This document shows positions 58,826 to 64,000 of a stretch of 64,000 nucleotides of DNA, one piece after another. The first letter of the stretch is position 1, and every line of letters begins with the position of its first letter. Location: positions 17,224-81,223 of the forward strand of contig DASPSR010000065.1 of assembly GCA_035623825.1 (NCBI GenBank). The letters run 5' to 3'. Position numbers and translations under genes: made by a program. The DNA is from Nitrospirota bacterium. GTDB lineage: Bacteria; Nitrospirota; UBA9217. The notes below the pieces were generated by a model that saw only the letters and a list, made by a program, of their open reading frames with translations, searched no databases and was not told the DNA's origin.

Positions 58826-59320
58826 CTACAACCCACGATGACGCCTGTCTTTCCGCTCAAACAAGACAGCAGCGTAGGGAATTGATTCGAGGACTTCCTT
58901 CCGTTCTACCTCCTTGAAATCAGAGGGGATGTCCGGGAACCTGGTGTCTCCGTCCACGGCGGCGTGAACAATGGTTAGATAGATCCTGTCGGCCAGGGCT
59001 ATGGTCTCTTGGAAGACCTCTCCGCCGCCGCAGACAAAAACCTCGTCCGCGGCGTCCCCGCACGCGGCGAACGCGGAGCCCAGATCGTGGGCGATAATGC
59101 AGCCTGCGGCCGTATAGTTTCTCTGTCTGGTAAGAACGATATTTTTTCTGTCAGGCAGAGGATGGCCGATGCTCTCAAACGTCTTCCGCCCCATAATGAC
59201 ATAATGTCCCCTCGTAATTTCATGGAACCGCTTCCGGTCGGAGGGAAGGTTCCAAGGCATTTTGTTGTCCCGCCCGATGACATGGTTTTCCGTCATGGCT
59301 GCAATGAGGGAGATGATCAT
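58826..59320 (-). CDS. folA: Dihydrofolate reductase
   Basis: ISLIAAM, IG..NKMPW.LPSD, IMGRKTFESIG.PLPDRKNIV, GGGEVF, GDTRFP. Confidence 0.96.
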   Translation of the reverse strand: MIISLIAAMTENHVIGRDNKMPWNLPSDRKRFHEITRGHYVIMGRKTFESIGHPLPDRKNIVLTRQRNYTAAGCIIAHDLGSAFAACGDAADEVFVCGGGEVFQETIALADRIYLTIVHAAVDGDTRFPDIPSDFKEVERKEVLESIPYAAVLFERKDRRHRGL

Positions 59321-59332
59321 ATCCGTATCGCG

Positions 59333-59482
59333 TTACATGGAGCCGTTCAGGTAGCGCTGCCGTTTGCCTTCCGAAAACCGTTCGATCGCGTACCGCAGGA
59401 TGGTCCGCGGCATTTTTCTGTAATGCAGTTTCAGGAACTTCTCTTCAGCGTGAAGGGAACGCTTCCCGATTTCGCGCAGCAT
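59333..59482 (-). pseudogene. C-terminal fragment of an AlkD-family DNA alkylation repair protein
   Basis: Hand translation MLREIGKRSLHAEEKFLKLHYRKMPRTILRYAIERFSEGKRQRYLNGSM*. Confidence 0.85.
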
Positions 59483-59630
59483 CCCCTCTAACCTCTCGAT
59501 GGAGAGCTGAATGCCGTTCTAACGGAAAGGATTTTAGTATATAGTAAGAAAATGCAGTCTTGCATCCTGTTCACGTACTCGCGACAGATTATGAGTTTCG
59601 GCTGTATGTTTTTTATTATCTACGCGAACT

Positions 59631-60203
59631 TCACTGTACCTCACGGTATCTGAAGCAATCTATCAGGTGATCGTTCACCATGCCTACCGCCTGCATGAAA
59701 GCATAACAAATGGTCGAGCCTACGAACTTGAACCCTCGCTTTCTGAGGTCTTTACTCATGGAGTCGGATTCTTTGGACCTTGCTGGAATCCCAGAAAGGT
59801 GCCGGAGGCGGTGTTGCATAGGCTTACCTCCGACGAATTGCCATATGTAGGCATCGAAAGACCCAAACTCATTCTGAATCTCGAGGAATATTTTTGCGTT
59901 CGTGATTGCCGACTCGATCTTTAATCGATTGCGAATGATTCCCTCATTCTTGAGGAGACGCCGCACATCCTTTTCACCATACCGCGCAACATTCTTTGGC
60001 TCGAATCCCTGAAAGGCCTTGCGAAAGTTATCGCGCTTTCGGAGCACCGTCGACCATGAAAGCCCTGCCTGAGCACCCTCGAGGACGATGAATTCGTAAA
60101 GTTTTTGGTCATCATGTAGCGGAACACCCCATTCCTTGTCATGATAGGAAATCATGAGAGGGTCATCGGATGGCCAGGGACATCGTTTTACTCTCATTTG
60201 CAT
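59631..60203 (-). CDS. tag: DNA-3-methyladenine glycosylase I
   Basis: RCPW, YHDKEWG, LEGAQAGLSW, IIRNRLKI, FKFVGSTICYAFMQAVGMVNDH..C. Confidence 0.96.
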   Translation of the reverse strand: MQMRVKRCPWPSDDPLMISYHDKEWGVPLHDDQKLYEFIVLEGAQAGLSWSTVLRKRDNFRKAFQGFEPKNVARYGEKDVRRLLKNEGIIRNRLKIESAITNAKIFLEIQNEFGSFDAYIWQFVGGKPMQHRLRHLSGIPARSKESDSMSKDLRKRGFKFVGSTICYAFMQAVGMVNDHLIDCFRYREVQ

Positions 60204-60211
60204 ATGAGCTC

Positions 60212-60427
60212 TCAGAAGATATTAATTATTTTCACCGACCTGATCTCGCCGAGAGGTGTGCCACGAAACTTCTTCTCAATCTGCATTATCGTCGGGGCCT
60301 GGATTCCGAGAAAGGTGTCTCCCTCCCCCTACTCTCCCGGTCCGGTCTTGAAAAAGCCCCTGAAAATTTTAGCTTTCTTACGATTGGCGAATCGCCGAAT
60401 GTGTTTTTGGATATGCTCTGCGGTCAT
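60212..60427 (-). pseudogene. N-terminal fragment of an AlkD-family DNA alkylation repair protein, with internal stop
   Basis: Hand translation MTAEHIQKHIRRFANRKKAKIFRGFFKTGPGE*GEGDTFLGIQAP...; the family motif is FFKTGPGEYGEGDxFLG. Confidence 0.85.
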
Positions 60428-60512
60428 GAAAAGTGGTGGTCGGATGTCCCGGTCTCGACCCTGCGCAAGGGGCGCAGGACCAGCACTGTTCCCTGCGCCC
60501 CGGCAGTCAAAC

Positions 60513-61322
60513 CTACTTCTTGAAGATGTCGGATAGAAACTTCTTCATATCCTCCCACGACTCTTTGTCCGCTGTGGCGTTGTATGCAAGCGGCAGATTG
60601 AACTTTTTGCCGAGCGCTGTCGCGTCGGGGTTGGTGAAGCTGTGAACTGCGCCGGGATAGCTGACGATCTTGACGTCCGCGTTTGCGTCCGTCATTTCCT
60701 TCTTGAAGCCTTCTATGGCCTCGGCGGGAACGAATTTATCGTCCGCGCCTGTGTACACGCGGATCTTCGCCTTGATCTCGCCCGGCCCGGCTGGCCTGAC
60801 CGCCATCAGGCTGCCGTGGAAACTGGCCACCCCCTTCAAATCATCTCCCTGGCGGGCCATGTTGAGAACGACCCCGCCGCCGAAGCAGTAGCCGATGGCA
60901 GCGATTCGCTCGGGATCAACGGTTGGCTGCTTCTTCAAGAAATCCTCTGCAGCAAGGAACCTCGCTTTGGCCGCGTCGAAGTTCTTCATGGTTTCCGAGG
61001 AGAACTTCCCCGCGTCGTCGGGGTGCGTCGCCGTCTTCCCGTTTCCATACATGTCGACTGCGAGCGCCGTATACCCGAGCTCGGCCAGCATCCGCGCGCG
61101 TTTGCGCGCGTAATCATTTAATCCCCACCATTCGTGGACCACGAGCACTCCCGGCCGCTTGCCCTTCACATGCTCGTCATAGGCCAGGTATCCTTTTAAT
61201 GTCACTCCGTCCGCGGTGTATTCGACGGTCTCACCTTTGATCTTCGGCGCAGCCCCTGCCGGTCCGGGAACCAGCAGCGCTGCCACCGTAATGCATATAC
61301 CGACTACAAGCAGCTTTTTCAT
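60513..61322 (-). CDS. Dienelactone hydrolase family protein, secreted (paralog of 6747-7529)
   Basis: HEWWG, GYCFGG, GADD, HSFTNP; signal peptide; AAGGAGG RBS. Confidence 0.92.
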   Translation of the reverse strand: MKKLLVVGICITVAALLVPGPAGAAPKIKGETVEYTADGVTLKGYLAYDEHVKGKRPGVLVVHEWWGLNDYARKRARMLAELGYTALAVDMYGNGKTATHPDDAGKFSSETMKNFDAAKARFLAAEDFLKKQPTVDPERIAAIGYCFGGGVVLNMARQGDDLKGVASFHGSLMAVRPAGPGEIKAKIRVYTGADDKFVPAEAIEGFKKEMTDANADVKIVSYPGAVHSFTNPDATALGKKFNLPLAYNATADKESWEDMKKFLSDIFKK

Positions 61323-61458
61323 GGCGACCTCCTTCGATGGAGACGATGAGCCACTTTAAGAAACACGTTCTACAGATGCCCAGATTGAGGAAACAGAGAG
61401 AATGCTGCCTTGATATGTCTAAGTGTAGCAGAAAAATTGAATGACCGCTGCCGAGGGT

Positions 61459-61926
61459 TTACCGGTGCCTCTCCTTTACCGCTCTTTCCACTTCCCGCTT
61501 CGATTCCTTTTCCTTGATGGTCTCCCGCTTGTCGAAGGCCTTCTTGCCCTTGGCCAATCCGATCATTACCTTGGCCTTACCGCGCACAAAGTAGATCTTG
61601 AGCGGAATGAGAGTGTAGCCTTTCTGCGTGATCTTGCCGATGAGCTTGCGGATCTCCTCACGGTGCAGAAGGAGCTTGCGCGTGCGGACCGGTTCATGGT
61701 TCATGATGTTGCCATAGGGATAAGGGCTGATATTGGCGTTGAACAGGAACACCTCGCTGTTCTTGACGATGGCGTAGCTGTCGGTCAGGTTGGCGAGACC
61801 GAGGCGCAGGGACTTGACCTCTGTTCCCTGGAGCGCTATTCCAGCTTCAAAGGTCTCTTCTATAAAGTAATCGTGATATGCCTTGCGGTTCGTCGTTACG
61901 GTGGTATCGGTTTTATCCTCTGCCAT
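61459..61926 (-). CDS. smpB: SsrA-binding protein
   Basis: [40 protein letters not shown]. Confidence 0.97.
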   Translation of the reverse strand: MAEDKTDTTVTTNRKAYHDYFIEETFEAGIALQGTEVKSLRLGLANLTDSYAIVKNSEVFLFNANISPYPYGNIMNHEPVRTRKLLLHREEIRKLIGKITQKGYTLIPLKIYFVRGKAKVMIGLAKGKKAFDKRETIKEKESKREVERAVKERHR

Positions 61927-62071
61927 GGCCCTGCCATTCCCGATCGAGACGGAATCGATCAATGATGGTGAGACAATGATACACAGAGAAAGCTCAAGAA
62001 GCAAGATTAATTAAAACGTGAGCGCGCATCGGCTGCCCCGCGCTCGTCGCTCTGCCGGCAAAGGATACAAC

Positions 62072-62104
62072 AAAAAAGCCCGTCATCTTTTGGATGACGG
62101 GCTC
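62072..62104 (-). terminator. rRNA operon terminator
   Basis: Minus strand GCCCGTCATC...GATGACGGGC-T7 immediately after 5S. Confidence 0.88.
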
Positions 62105-62112
62105 GAATAATA

Positions 62113-62230
62113 TCCCGGCGACGTCCTACTTTCCCATGACCTCTCGGTCATAGTATCATCGGCCCTGGAGGACTTTACTTCCGTGTTCGGGATGGGAACG
62201 GGTGTGACCCCTCCGGTATAGCCACCGAGA
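62113..62230 (-). rRNA. rrf: 5S rRNA
   Basis: Minus strand contains CACCCGTTCCCATCCCGAACACGGAAGT, GCCGATGATACT, GAAAGTAGGACGTCGCCGG. Confidence 0.97.
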
Positions 62231-62351
62231 AACGTTATGACGGTTCACGCCGCCTAAACGGTATGAACCGTTTAGACCGGCCTGTAACAGAGGAACTGAA
62301 TGCGCAAGGTGTACTTCAAAAAGCCGAATCTGTCAGAAGCAGAAAATATAG

Positions 62352-64000
<1,649 letters not shown>

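Noticed and set aside
59483-59630. GTTAGA motifs after tag as an integron attC site
   Set aside because: No RYYYAAC inverse core or L boxes on the gene strand, and no integrase nearby
60329-60331. In-frame TAG in the alkD fragment as pyrrolysine or amber recoding
   Set aside because: It replaces a conserved Tyr (one base change), the gene is truncated anyway, and TAG is a normal stop for other genes here
61930-62110. tmRNA or tRNA near smpB and the rRNA operon end
   Set aside because: No tRNA-like acceptor stem or T-loop sequence seen, and the space is too short for ssrA

Overview
This is a gene-dense 64-kb bacterial window of moderately high GC. Gene content and style suggest an anaerobic Nitrospirota- or Desulfobacterota-like organism, probably from a metagenome assembly (inference only). 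It holds a housekeeping block (argS-tgt-yajC-secD-secF, a TPR-Slt lytic transglycosylase, a zapB-like gene, pepN, lpxL, folA, smpB, a csp gene, trxB). Mixed in are accessory stress, redox and signalling genes (cstA, PAS sensors, a diguanylate cyclase, two USPs, nitroreductases, pirin, VKOR-thioredoxin, a large MscS). The window ends in the 3' part of an rRNA operon (5S plus partial 23S, minus strand). I found no CRISPR array, tRNA, transposase, prophage or defence island, and I cannot support a complete new multi-gene system. The best leads are: (1) an alkD gene split in two with a non-homologous tag glycosylase gene replacing its middle; (2) a GEMM-I cyclic-dinucleotide riboswitch with an overlapping terminator ahead of a USP gene; (3) a 23S rRNA that switches to an actinobacterial-type sequence near 63.1 kb, probably an assembly chimera; (4) a hybrid kinase lacking its phospho-His and carrying a 66-bp tandem repeat; (5) a diguanylate cyclase overlapping the zapB-like gene. 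All family calls come from motif recognition by eye, not from database searches.
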